DNA of 64,000 nucleotides from Azolla caroliniana (Eukaryota; Plantae; Polypodiophyta). The notes below the pieces were generated by a model. That model was not told the DNA's origin, searched no databases, and saw nothing but the letters and a program-made list of their open reading frames with translations. Position numbers and translations under genes: made by a program. The DNA is taken from positions 22,134,001 to 22,198,000 of the forward strand of contig JBHGNT010000005.1 in assembly GCA_043228905.1 (NCBI GenBank). Reading direction: 5' to 3'. This document shows, in pieces, positions 36,961 to 47,773 of this stretch; positions within the stretch are counted from its first letter, which is position 1, and each line of letters opens with the position of its first letter.

Positions 36961-37393
36961 GACAAAGACAAAGATCATTACAAACTCACAAAGAGTGCTC
37001 AAGATATACAAAGTTATGATCGTGACAAAGATTACTATAAACACAAGAGGAGAAATCAATGTCGAGCTCTTCATGGTTGTGCTAATGAAAAAGCACTCGA
37101 TGGTGTCATAACTAGACTCGAACCCATAACCTTTTGTTACACAGGTCGAGACTTTACCATTAGGTTATGAATTGTAATTTGAAGGATATTATTTTCATTT
37201 AGGTTTTATTGGGAAATTGATGTATATTCCAGATTTCTCTGGAACATTCTAGAAACTTCAGGAGTATTCCTGAAGACACTATAAAAGGAGGCGCAAGGCA
37301 TTAGTTCGAACCAAATCGGTTCAACGCCAGTCTTAAGCCTTCTAACCACTGTTGTATATCTTCCTTCATATAATACATATATCTTTCGCATCA

Positions 37394-37433
<40 letters not shown>

Positions 37434-37667
37434 ACTCATTCCTTCTCTCAAAGTTCGACACCTCTCATAGTACTAATCCTTCTCTGTCTTAGTACTATTC
37501 CCCGACAATAGTACTAATCCTTCTTTTAGTACTAATTCCTTCTCTGCCTTAATAGAGTTCCTGACAGTTTGAACCGATTTCCCGGTGCCTGTCTGGTCTT
37601 TTCTCTCCCTCTTCCTTCTGTCTCCCTCCTTTCCTATTAGTCTCTTATTTCCCTTTTCCTTCATCCC

Positions 37668-38837
37668 ATGGCCACCGTTAGCGCTGAAGAGTATCAATCC
37701 GTTTTCTCGGAATTTCAATGCTTGAAAGAGAAGTTTCATGCTTTGGAACAAGAAAATCAACGCTTGTTGGGGGATCTTCAGCAAATTTCCTTAGAAAAGC
37801 AGCAAACGCAACAACAGCATGGGGAACTTGCGTTACGCGTGCAACAACTCGAAGCAACCATCGTAGCAATGCAACAACAAGGGCACGGAGCACAAGGGAT
37901 TCATAAAGAACCCAAGATTGGCCTTCCCACGAAGTTCGATGGAACGCGATCGCAGTTTAGAGGGTTTCTTAACCAGGTACGGTTAGTTATTCAAATGCAT
38001 CCGTCCCGATATCCCACCGATGCATCACGAGTGGGTTTAGTAGGCACGTTGTTAAATGGCTCAGCATTAGCATGGTTCGCTCCGCTACTAGAAAAGGAAT
38101 CTCCAGTACTAAATAATTTTGAAGAATTCATAAGTGAGTTTAAAGCATGTTTTGGAGATACTGACAGCATAAGGACTGCAATCAACAAAATCCGGCGATT
38201 ACGCCAAGGTGACCGTCCAGCCTCCGCATATGCTGCAGATTTCCGCCTACTCGCCGCCGATATCCCCTGGGATGATCAAGCATTGATGGAGCAGTTCCGC
38301 TATGGTCTACGCAACGATGTCAAGGATTTACTCTTGACTTTCCCTGAAGAGCCAAAATCATTAACAGAAGCAATCAGTCGAGCGGTCAGATGTGACAACC
38401 GCCTCTTCGAGCGACGTTCGGAACGACAATTTCAGATGCCGAGGGCAAGATCCGAGCCTACCTATGCCTCAGTGGTAGCGAAACCTTTTCAAAGGGAGTC
38501 ACATAATGCGCCTCCAGTAAGTACTCCAACTCCAATGGAAATTGACACTACACGTCGTCGTGGGCCGCTATCGGAGGAGGAAAAGCAACGACGCCGAACA
38601 AACCGATTATGCCTTTATTGCGGTGGACCAGGGCATATCGCGATAAACTGTCCCCATAGACCAAGAAGGCAGGTAAACCAAGTCGTTGTTAGTTCTGACT
38701 ATACTAAACCCGAGTCTATTTCAGTAGGAATCTCTGATAGTCCTCATAGTCATAATAGTCCTAATAGTACTAATAGTCTGAATCTCGCAAACAAATTTGA
38801 TGTCCTTAGCCAATTAGAAGAAGAGTTAAACGACTAA
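37668..38837 (+). CDS. gag: Chromovirus Gag
   Basis: N-terminal coiled coil, LPTKFDGTR, LRQG, FRYGL, TPMEID and the knuckle CLYCGGPGHIAINC. Confidence 0.95.
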   Translation: MATVSAEEYQSVFSEFQCLKEKFHALEQENQRLLGDLQQISLEKQQTQQQHGELALRVQQLEATIVAMQQQGHGAQGIHKEPKIGLPTKFDGTRSQFRGFLNQVRLVIQMHPSRYPTDASRVGLVGTLLNGSALAWFAPLLEKESPVLNNFEEFISEFKACFGDTDSIRTAINKIRRLRQGDRPASAYAADFRLLAADIPWDDQALMEQFRYGLRNDVKDLLLTFPEEPKSLTEAISRAVRCDNRLFERRSERQFQMPRARSEPTYASVVAKPFQRESHNAPPVSTPTPMEIDTTRRRGPLSEEEKQRRRTNRLCLYCGGPGHIAINCPHRPRRQVNQVVVSSDYTKPESISVGISDSPHSHNSPNSTNSLNLANKFDVLSQLEEELND

Positions 38838-41800
38838 GTCCAGCCAAAATAGGAGCCGTTTGGTTGGACAGCCCTAGATCTGTGCAGCCCATTAGTGGTT
38901 CCATTCCCTCTAAGCAAGTTAGTGATGTGTTCGTAGCCCAAGTAACAGTTAGTACTAAAAGTACCCCTCCAGTACATACCTTAGCCCTTCTAGATTCCGG
39001 AGCTAATTCTTGCTTCATGGATAGGAATTTTGCCCGAGCTCATCAGATATCTCTCAGAAAGCTCCCATGTCCAGCCTCAGTAGTAGTCATTGATGGTCGT
39101 CCCATTGCTTCTGGTAATATCATAGAAGAGTCGGAACCCGTTAATATTGTCCTAGATAACTTAACATGTGTAGTATCATTTAATATTATTAGTATTCCAG
39201 AACATCCCATAGTTTTAGGATTACCATGGTTCGAGTTACATAACCCAGACATAGATTGGAGGACAAGGGAAATCCGGTTGCGACAAACCCAAGGATCTAC
39301 CCAGAAGGTTGCAACCATTTCGCTACGTCAGTTGCGTGAGGAAGGGCGCAAGGAGGAAATGTTTCTCTTCGCAATATCAGTACAACCCTCCAGCACCACC
39401 AAAGAGGAGTCCACCGTTCAACTTCCCGAGAAGTATCATCAGTATGCTGATGTGTTCGATAAAGTACAAGCCAACACACTTCCTCATCATCGGCCGTACG
39501 ATTGCGCCATCGACTTACAACCGGGAAAAGAGCCGCCATGGGGGCCGATCTACAATTTGTCACCAACCGAGCTAGAAGTCCTTCGAGCCTATATAGAGGA
39601 GAATTTGGAGAACGGTTTCATTCGGCATTCGAAATCTCCAGCCGGCGCACCCATTTTCTTCGTCAAGAAAAAAGATGGCTCGCTTCGACTCGTTGTAGAT
39701 TACCGTGGCTTGAATAAGGTCACAGTAAGAAATAGGTATGCTCTTCCCCTTATCTCAAGTCTTTTAGAACGGATCAACGGTGCCAGGTTCTTCACGAAGA
39801 TCGACTTACGAGGAGCCTATAACCTCGTACGGATCCGACCAGGAGATGAATGGAAGACCGCGTTTCGCACCAGATATGGGCACTTCGAGTATACGGTCAT
39901 GCCGTTCGGACTCACTAATGCGCCGGCAGTCTTCCAGCACATGGCGAATGATATATTTCGAGATCTCTTGGATGATTTTTTGATCATCTATTTGGATGAT
40001 CTACTGGTTTATTCAAAGACCCAAGAAGAACATGATTCTCATGTACTATTAGTACTAAAACGACTTCGAGAACATGGTCTGTATGCAAAGTTAGAGAAAT
40101 GTAGTTTCGGGTGCAACCAAGTGGAGTTTCTCGGCTATGTCATCTCCTCAAAAGGCATATCTATGGACCCAGCCAAGGTCAAAACGGTGATAGAATGGCA
40201 CACTCCGCGTTCGGTGCGGGATGTGCAATGCTTCCTAGGCTTTGCAAATTTTTACCGGAAGTTCATACAAAATTACTCAAAAATTGTGTTGCCTCTCACA
40301 CAGCTCACCAGGAAGGGACAATCATTCATTTGGTCTAAAGAGACGGACATGGCTTTCGAGAGTCTTAAGAAGGCGTTTACATCAGCTCCAATTTTAGGTC
40401 ATGTGGATCCGGAAAAACCATTCATTATCGAAGCTGACGCATCGGATTTCGCATTGGGGAGCATTCTGTCACAACAAGGTAACGACGAGAAGCTACATCC
40501 TGTGGCTTTCCACTCCCGTAAGTTTGACGCCGCCGAAATCAACTACGAAATTCATGATAAAGAGCTATTAGCAATAGTTGATTCTTTTATGCAATGGAGG
40601 CATTTCCTGGAGGGATCTCCTCATCAGGTCACTGTATTCAGTGACCACAAGAACCTTGCCTACTTTCAAGATGCTCGTGTACTGAATCGACGTCAAGCTC
40701 GGTGGGCCCACTTCCTCACACGCTTCGACTTCAAAATTACATATCGTCCGGGGAAGCACCAAGGGAAGGCAGATGCATTATCACGGCGTTCGTATCTAAC
40801 ACCATGTCCCGGTGAGCCAGCTTTCGATAACCAGAAGCAAGTAATCTTGGGTCCAGCACGACTGCAAGCAGCACAGGTCTTTGACATGCCCGTGGATTCC
40901 GACATTACCAATACTATACGTGAGGACTTGAAGACTGACGCTTTCGCCCAAGCTATACTAGCACAAATTGACCCCTCTCGAGCGTCATGTTCACAATCAC
41001 AATCACCAGGTACGGATTATCGGCAATTCAAATACTGTGATGGATTACTCTTCTTTAAAGAACTTTTGTATGTTCCTAATGGTTCTTGCCGCCTTCGAGT
41101 AGTACAAAACTGCCATGACACATATACAGCAGGACATTTTGGTAGTACTAAAACATTAGATTTAGTACAACGATCATTCTGGTGGCCCCGTATGCGACAA
41201 TTTGTCGAAGATTTTGTTCGGACTTGCGATACATGCTGCAGAGCGAAAATGCCAAGACATCATCCATATGGTTTATTAGAACCATTACCAATTCCAAGCA
41301 AGCCATGGCAATCCATTGCTCTTGACTTCATTACAGATCTTCCAGTCTCTAAGGGATTCAGTGCGATTCTCACAGTGGTGGATCGATATACGAAGATGGC
41401 TCATTTCTTACCATGTACTAAAGAAATATCTAGTGAAGACACCGCCGAAATTGTCATGCGGGAAGTATGTCGGCATCATGGACTCCCTGATAATATCATC
41501 AGCGATCGTGGACCCCAGTTTGTGTCAAAATTCTGGAAGCACCTTTTTAAAATGCTGAAGGTCACTTGTAACCTCTCCTCCGGCTACCACCCACAAACCG
41601 ACGGTCAAGCCGAACGAACAAATCAAACACTGGAGCAGTATCTGCGGTGCTTTCTCAACTATCATCAGAATGACTGGGCAGATATTCTTCAGTTCGCCGA
41701 ATTTGCCTATAATAACGCTATCCACGCATCGACTAAAGTCACGCCATTCTACGCTTATACAGGATATCATCCCCGGTGGTGTGTCCTTGAAACCCCAGAA

Positions 41801-42421
41801 GTGTCCACAAATCCTTGCGCGGAGGATCGTTTGGAGCGGTTACGCAAGATACAAGCGGATTTATCTACTCAACTCCAGCAAGCTCAACAATCACACAAGG
41901 ACTACGCAGATCGTCATCGACTTCCATCCAGTTTTAACATTGGAGATCGGGTGTGGCTGCTACGACGACACATCAAGACTACTCGCCCATGTGAGAAGTT
42001 GGATTATCGGCGATTAGGTCCTTTCCGTATTATCGGGAAGATTAATGATGTCGCTTTTCGTCTCGAGCTACCTCCGCAACTTCGGATACATCCGGTGTTT
42101 CATAGTTCTCTCCTCGAACCCTATCACGAGAGCACTATCCCAGGACGTACTATACAACCACCACCTCCTATCGAGCTCGAAGATGGACCTGAGTATGAGG
42201 TCGCTGCCATCCTCGATTCCAAGATTGTTCGCAACAAGCTCTACTATCTAGTCGATTGGCTAGGATATAATCCCAGCGAGCGTACTTGGGAACCGATCGA
42301 GAATGTGACCAATGCTCGTGCTCTTCTAGAAGACTTCCATCGACGATATCCCGAGAAACCGGGTCCTCAATCCAAAACGACTCGTGGAACTCGTCGTTTT
42401 AAAGGGGGGATAGTGTCATAA
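38831..42421 (+). CDS. pol: Chromovirus Pol (PR-RT-RH-IN-chromodomain), -1 frame relative to gag
   Basis: LLDSGA, YLDD, ADASD, ISDRGPQF, HPQTDGQAE, HPVFH, and chromodomain YEVAAILDSK..YLVDWLGY..TWEP. The frame is open from 38810; the start given here is the inferred frameshift point. Confidence 0.95.
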   Translation, partial: RLSPAKIGAVWLDSPRSVQPISGSIPSKQVSDVFVAQVTVSTKSTPPVHTLALLDSGANSCFMDRNFARAHQISLRKLPCPASVVVIDGRPIASGNIIEESEPVNIVLDNLTCVVSFNIISIPEHPIVLGLPWFELHNPDIDWRTREIRLRQTQGSTQKVATISLRQLREEGRKEEMFLFAISVQPSSTTKEESTVQLPEKYHQYADVFDKVQANTLPHHRPYDCAIDLQPGKEPPWGPIYNLSPTELEVLRAYIEENLENGFIRHSKSPAGAPIFFVKKKDGSLRLVVDYRGLNKVTVRNRYALPLISSLLERINGARFFTKIDLRGAYNLVRIRPGDEWKTAFRTRYGHFEYTVMPFGLTNAPAVFQHMANDIFRDLLDDFLIIYLDDLLVYSKTQEEHDSHVLLVLKRLREHGLYAKLEKCSFGCNQVEFLGYVISSKGISMDPAKVKTVIEWHTPRSVRDVQCFLGFANFYRKFIQNYSKIVLPLTQLTRKGQSFIWSKETDMAFESLKKAFTSAPILGHVDPEKPFIIEADASDFALGSILSQQGNDEKLHPVAFHSRKFDAAEINYEIHDKELLAIVDSFMQWRHFLEGSPHQVTVFSDHKNLAYFQDARVLNRRQARWAHFLTRFDFKITYRPGKHQGKADALSRRSYLTPCPGEPAFDNQKQVILGPARLQAAQVFDMPVDSDITNTIREDLKTDAFAQAILAQIDPSRASCSQSQSPGTDYRQFKYCDGLLFFKELLYVPNGSCRLRVVQNCHDTYTAGHFGSTKTLDLVQRSFWWPRMRQFVEDFVRTCDTCCRAKMPRHHPYGLLEPLPIPSKPWQSIALDFITDLPVSKGFSAILTVVDRYTKMAHFLPCTKEISSEDTAEIVMREVCRHHGLPDNIISDRGPQFVSKFWKHLFKMLKVTCNLSSGYHPQTDGQAERTNQTLEQYLRCFLNYHQNDWADILQFAEFAYNNAIHASTKVTPFYAYTGYHPRWCVLETPEVSTNPCAEDRLERLRKIQADLSTQLQQAQQSHKDYADRHRLPSSFNIGDRVWLLRRHIKTTRPCEKLDYRRLGPFRIIGKINDVAFRLELPPQLRIHPVFHSSLLEPYHESTIPGRTIQPPPPIELEDGPEYEVAAILDSKIVRNKLYYLVDWLGYNPSERTWEPIENVTNARALLEDFHRRYPEKPGPQSKTTRGTRRFKGGIVS

Positions 42422-42703
42422 CTAGACTCGAACCCATAACCTTTTGTTACACGGGTCGAGACTTTACCATTAGGTTATGAATTGTAATTTGAAGGATATT
42501 ATTTTCATTTAGGTTTTATTGGGAAATTGATGTATATTCCAGATTTCTCTGGAACATTCTAGAAACTTCAGGAGTATTCCTGAAGACACTATAAAAGGAG
42601 GCGCAAGGCATTAGTTCGAACCAAATCGGTTCAACGCCAGTCTTAAGCCTTCTAACCACTGTTGTATATCTTCCTTCATATAATACATATATCTTTCGCA
42701 TCA

Positions 42704-42739
<36 letters not shown>

Positions 42740-42974
42740 ACTCATTCCTTCTCTCAAAGTTCGACACCTCTCATAGTACTAATCCTTCTCTGTCTTAGTA
42801 CTATTCCCCGACAATAGTACTAATCCTTCTTTTAGTACTAATTCCTTCTCTGCCTTAATAGAGTTCCTGACAGATGGAAGCCATGATGGTGAGAAAGGTT
42901 GGAATCGAAACTCTCATGGTTTAAATTTTGATGACAAGTATGATAGGTTTAATAAGAGCCACAAACAAGAGAAG

Positions 42975-43910
42975 GTGTTAGAAAAAGACGAAAACTTTAC
43001 ATTTAAATGTGATGACAGTGATGATAGAAATAAAACACACGATTTAGGGCTTGATGATAGTAAGGGAGAATGCATTATTGATGGTGAGAGTGAGTGCCAT
43101 GAGAAGAATGAGGGTTATGATGATAGAAAGCTGTGCACTTTTTGTGGATATGGTTATGATGGGGGTAATGGTGAGGGTGAGAGTGACGAAGAGAAATCAT
43201 GTGTTTTAGGTTGCCTTGGTTTTCTTCGTGATAGATTTTATAAGAGTTTCACTAGATCAAATGGTGACATTCATGAGGATATCCATTATGAAAATAGAAT
43301 AGGTACTTGTGATGATGAGGATGTTCTGCAAAAATATGTCCATGTGGATGTGGGGTTACATAATGATCACACGAGTATAAGCAAGGAAAATCTAGGAAAT
43401 GTTATTTGGGATGTGTATAATGATGATGTTGATGTTGTGAGCATGTGTGGGAAGGATGGGATTAAGGTTGATAATATTGAGGATAATCTAGAAAATGCTA
43501 TGATGGTTTGGGATATGTATAACGATAATGTTGGTGTTGTGAGTGTGTTTGGGAAGGATAATTTTAGGGTAGATGATATTGAATATGATGCTTATCTTGT
43601 AAAAAAAGATTCGGTGATCAAAGATGTCGTTAACTCAAAGGATTATTATAATGATGATGTAAGTATAATTAACATTGAGGTTGTTATCGAAGAAGATGTG
43701 GTTGTGGTAAAATGGATGGTTATTACTTGTAAAGAAGAAAGGAAAGAAGTGATTATAAAGACAACACACATGAAGGAAGGAAAAGATGCATCAAGATGGT
43801 GGGATGTTCAACTAAACAGAGGAGGTTATATTGCCAACATTTCTATCTCCCATCTCAAAGAAAAGGATTGGCTAATTAGAAGAAGCACCCGGTTTTTAGA
43901 TTCGTTTTGA
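42975..43910 (+). pseudogene. Acidic low-complexity ORF remnant of E1
   Basis: 311-aa D/E-rich ORF with an internal repeat (WDxYNDxVxVVSxxGKD twice) and no recognisable domain. Confidence 0.45.
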
Positions 43911-44270
43911 GAAGACACATCGTCAACACCCCAAGAAGATCGAAGAAGAAGGTTGGATATTGGTCTGCAACAATAGCTTTGACAACCAACATAAGATGAC
44001 AAGAAAGTTTGCAAGAAGGTGGTTCGGATCATATGTGGAGCTAGACGGATCAAGGCTGGCCATAAAGATTGTGGGAAAAAGACTAAAGATCTTCAAGAAA
44101 AGACAAGGTGAGGGTCCCGAACTCGATGATCTCAACAATGAAGATAGTAAGGCAAAACCCACAAACGTGAGCGAGGTCAACGAAGACGTGGAGGAATCTC
44201 ACACCATAGCCGAAATCTCACATTCTCTTCTTGGCACGTATTGGAGGACGTGCAGTTTGGTGGGGGTGGA

Positions 44271-45031
44271 TGTCGTGAAGATTTTCGGCAACGGTGTGAA
44301 AATCACGTGGAACGAGGAAAATCGAGAAGGTGCAATATGCACATGTATGGAAGGGGTGATGGTTAATGTGCACATGTGATGTGTGTTTAGGTGATCATTA
44401 CACATATATATATAATAAGCCTAACGCATACAATGAGGTGTGAGTAAAGGTTTTTAAACCTTACACCTCCAAGATAGGAGGCAATAGACATACCATTAGA
44501 CTACGTTGTTTCATTTGAAAGTTAATTTTGTTCATTGTATATTTCACACAAAATTGTTTGTACATGAGAGCTTAGATAAGGTACATGGTCATCATGCATC
44601 ACATGTGATGCATGAGCGCCAAATGGCGATCATGCATCGCATGCATCTCATGCATTGTATGTATGTACTACACCCTCACATGCACATATGCATGGGGGCA
44701 TCTATATAAGAAAGAGAGAAAGAGAAAGAAAGGGGGGGAATGTATGCAATCAATAATAATTAATAAGTTCTAGTTATCTCATTGGCAAAGTGTCTTCTAG
44801 CTCAATTTCGAAGTCAAAGGTTCAAACCGGGAATAAGAATTCCCACCTGTATCTATCTATCAATTTATCTTTAATACTTCTCGCTTGTGCTAGTCCTTCT
44901 GCGGTTCCGTGATCTTGAACGATCCCATCATCAATCCTCCATAACCACTAGCGGATAGAGGCCCGGTGCTTGTCCGCGTTTGTGACGCACACATCCCGAC
45001 ATTTGGCACGTGTGTCACGCGCCACGCGACA
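44271..45031 (+). repeat. E1 3' LTR
   Basis: TGTCGTGAAG...GCGACA, directly after the PPT. Confidence 0.92.
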
Positions 45032-47155
45032 ACGTGCTCCGTGAAACCTGCGTATTTCGGATTGTGACTCACATATTTCTTCCATGGCTTGAATCACATC
45101 GATCTTGACTGGTGAGAGTCATCGGCCGTAGGTCCCACATAGATGTCCGACTACCTGTATCTCTTCTTGTCCAAATGTTGATTTTTCTCCAGAGAGTGTT
45201 AGGTGCACATCTTCTAACTTCTGTAGCACTTTCTTGCAAATATGGTCAACTATGAATTTTCGGCATCCCCGATCATCCATACTCTCATCCTTCTCTTCCA
45301 CCACACATACTTTCATCGGAATGTCATCTACGAATGACATCATTATCACCGGAATGTAGTCCCGGGGCACCTTGTTCATTGCATTCATCATATGTGTGAC
45401 CGAGTTCATGGCTCCTTGTGGTAGCGTACACATTTGGAATAATCCTATCGATGTTTGCATTGTAGGGATATCCACAACTAATTGGAATTGGTCATACCCG
45501 AAGTATAGGTCTTTGATCGAGTATATTGCTCAACCGGCAAATGCCTCTAAAATTCATCGGCTATTGGTCCTAGCCCAACATTCCAAATTGTGACCTTGTT
45601 CACCGGTTGCAAGTCCTAGATGAACCGTAGCGACCAGTTCTTCATTGGAACTCTAAACCACTGATTTGAGTACGGAGCATTTGATGGCTCTAGAATCCCC
45701 ATCGCCACCTTCTCCTTGAGCAATTCAATGATTTTTGGAATATGTGCTTGCGGCACCAGAATCAGCTTTAGGTTCCATGGCACATGTTTAATAATGAAGA
45801 TCACAATCGACCCCACTATCTTCGGATCAATGCACCCTATCTCCTTTGATGTGAATGCAAATGCTTTTCCATGTTGTTCTAGCATTTCTCGAAATTGTTC
45901 TTCTTCTTTTGGTAAGAGGAACCCAACTCTACCAATCCATAGATTCCCCCCGGTCTCATCCGTAAATGTATGAGAAATATCCATGGACTTCCGAAGTGTT
46001 GGATCTCTCAAGATTTCTTTCCTCTTCTGTTCACTATTGGCGGGTATGGTCCCGCAGACAGTTTCACCTTCTTTTCCACGGTCTTATATTTCGTACAAAG
46101 CATTGCCTCTTCTTTGTTGACCGCATACGGCCCCATTTCCACAATGATTTCATACATCTCGACCGATTCCACCGGAACTACCCGGTCTCCCTGGTTATTC
46201 TCTTCAACAAGTTCTTCCAGCCGTTTTACCATGCACCCATAGAACACTTCTTCGACTACTCCCGTGATTTCTTCATCTTCTTTTATGATTGATGTAGACC
46301 TGCATCTTCCGAAATTCTTTCTTCATTACTCCGGTCACAACCATGTACGTAGATGTCCCATCCGGACTTATTCGCACTTGTGTTGCTTCGAGAGGCTTTC
46401 TCCTACATGGGGTATCAGAGCTCTTCAGACTATCACTCCCCCACTCTACAACAGTTCGGTTCAAAAATCCATTTTTTTTTTGGAACAAGATCTCTCTCTT
46501 GTTCCTTTCATGATTCATTAGCACGGTAAAAAAATTTACAAATTTTTCTCCGCTTTGGCTCTGAATCCATGCAACAACCACTCCTGTATCACGCACCTTT
46601 GTTTCCATCCACGAAGCCATAGTAAAGGGTCGTCTGAGCACCTTCATCGTCACATCCGGAAAAGCCGCAAATAGTTCTTCCGTGGATTTTCTGGCTGCTT
46701 GGATCTTCCATCCATGTCCGGTGTTTATAGACCACTTCCCCTTCCAGTAGAACTCCATGGACATCAAATTTATCTCTGATCTATGATCAATCCACGCAAC
46801 TACAAGCTCTTTAATACTTCCAAACCGGACTGGAGTCTCCATAGTTGCTCATGCCCAATGTGGCTTTGTGTAATGGGAGTTCTGAGTTTCATCCTCCGCT
46901 TCCGTGTTGGTCATTAGGATGCTACTTGCATTTACCTTCGGAGCATTTGACTCTTCCGTAACTTGCCTCTTTCTTTTTACGAGATCCACGTGGAGATCGT
47001 GGAACTCCTTCGTGATTCCAAGCAATTCTCAGAGGGAAAAGTCCACTCGGCTCTCAAGGATTCTCTCCTTGAACACCTTCATTAGGTATGTCCGTTGTTC
47101 GATGTCGATTGTTGTTGGCCTCTTGTCGATTCTCCATCTCCTTGCCACCCAAATG
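45032..47155 (-). pseudogene. E0 gag remnant, protease and RT (degenerate)
   Basis: IDHRSEINLM, HVPWNLK, LPQGAMNS and FVDD; the PBS and most of gag are deleted. Confidence 0.9.
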
Positions 47156-47773
47156 TGTCGCGAAGATTCACGTGTGTGTGCTATTGGAGTGGGACCATTG
47201 GGGTCTTAGACCAAGGAGGACATCCGGCAAATTATTGAAAAGACGATGATGTGAACGTAGAGTTGAGGAAAATAGAGCCCTACTTGAAAAGAACAAAAAA
47301 TTGTACACTTGCGAAGATAAATGAGAGTAAGAATAAGAAGAATGTTGAATTTATGATAATGATGATCATATCACATATTTAGCCCCCGTTATACAAGCCC
47401 TAGTAGGATTTTTATAGGTCTCTCCATGCACAAAACTATGGCCTTAGGACCATGGTTTTTGAGCACACGGTTAGCGTGTGACATGTACAAAACCATGGAT
47501 TTGTGTACACGGTATGGTTGTTTGCTATTGATTTTTGAATATGACAAAGAAAATATACAAAATTTAAACCATTTAATAGTAGCTCTAGTGGTAAGCCAAT
47601 TGTTTCCTATTGTGCAGTTGGAAGGTTCGGCCTTTGTTAATGTGGAAGTACAAGGTTCGAATCTTGTCTTGTGCATATAACCATATGTTTCAATATTTTC
47701 TTCTATTTCTTCATACTTATTCATTTGGGTACTCCGTACGTTTTCCATGGTGTGTACAAAGTACACTACGACA
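47156..47773 (-). repeat. E0 5' LTR
   Basis: TG..CA termini, followed on the minus strand by the same gag start (MENRQEA) as E5. Confidence 0.85.

Larger units (their letters stand above)
37104..42872 (+). mobile_element. Intact young chromovirus (Tcn1/Tf1-sushi-like Gypsy)
   Basis: LTRs 37104-37566 and 42414-42872 differ, as far as I can see, by one substitution and CT-repeat length. TSD GATGG, PPT AAAGGGGGGATAG, both ORFs open. Confidence 0.97.
4766..45031 (+). mobile_element. E1: non-autonomous Gypsy derivative with an acidic repeat-rich interior
   Basis: LTRs at 4766-5399 (5'-truncated) and 44271-45031, PBS at 5406-5422, PPT before 44271. Its own interior is 5423-5825, 36507-37103 and 42873-44270, with an integrase C-terminal remnant (RKFARRWFG) near 44000. 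Confidence 0.88.
3082..47773 (-). mobile_element. E0: old Ty3/Gypsy element, outermost host of the nest
   Basis: 5' LTR 47156-47773 and truncated 3' LTR 3082-3252 share TGTCGTAGTGTACTT..CACCATGGAAAAC. PR/RT remnants lie at 45032-47155, integrase at about 3300-4765, and a PPT at 3253-3263. Confidence 0.85.
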
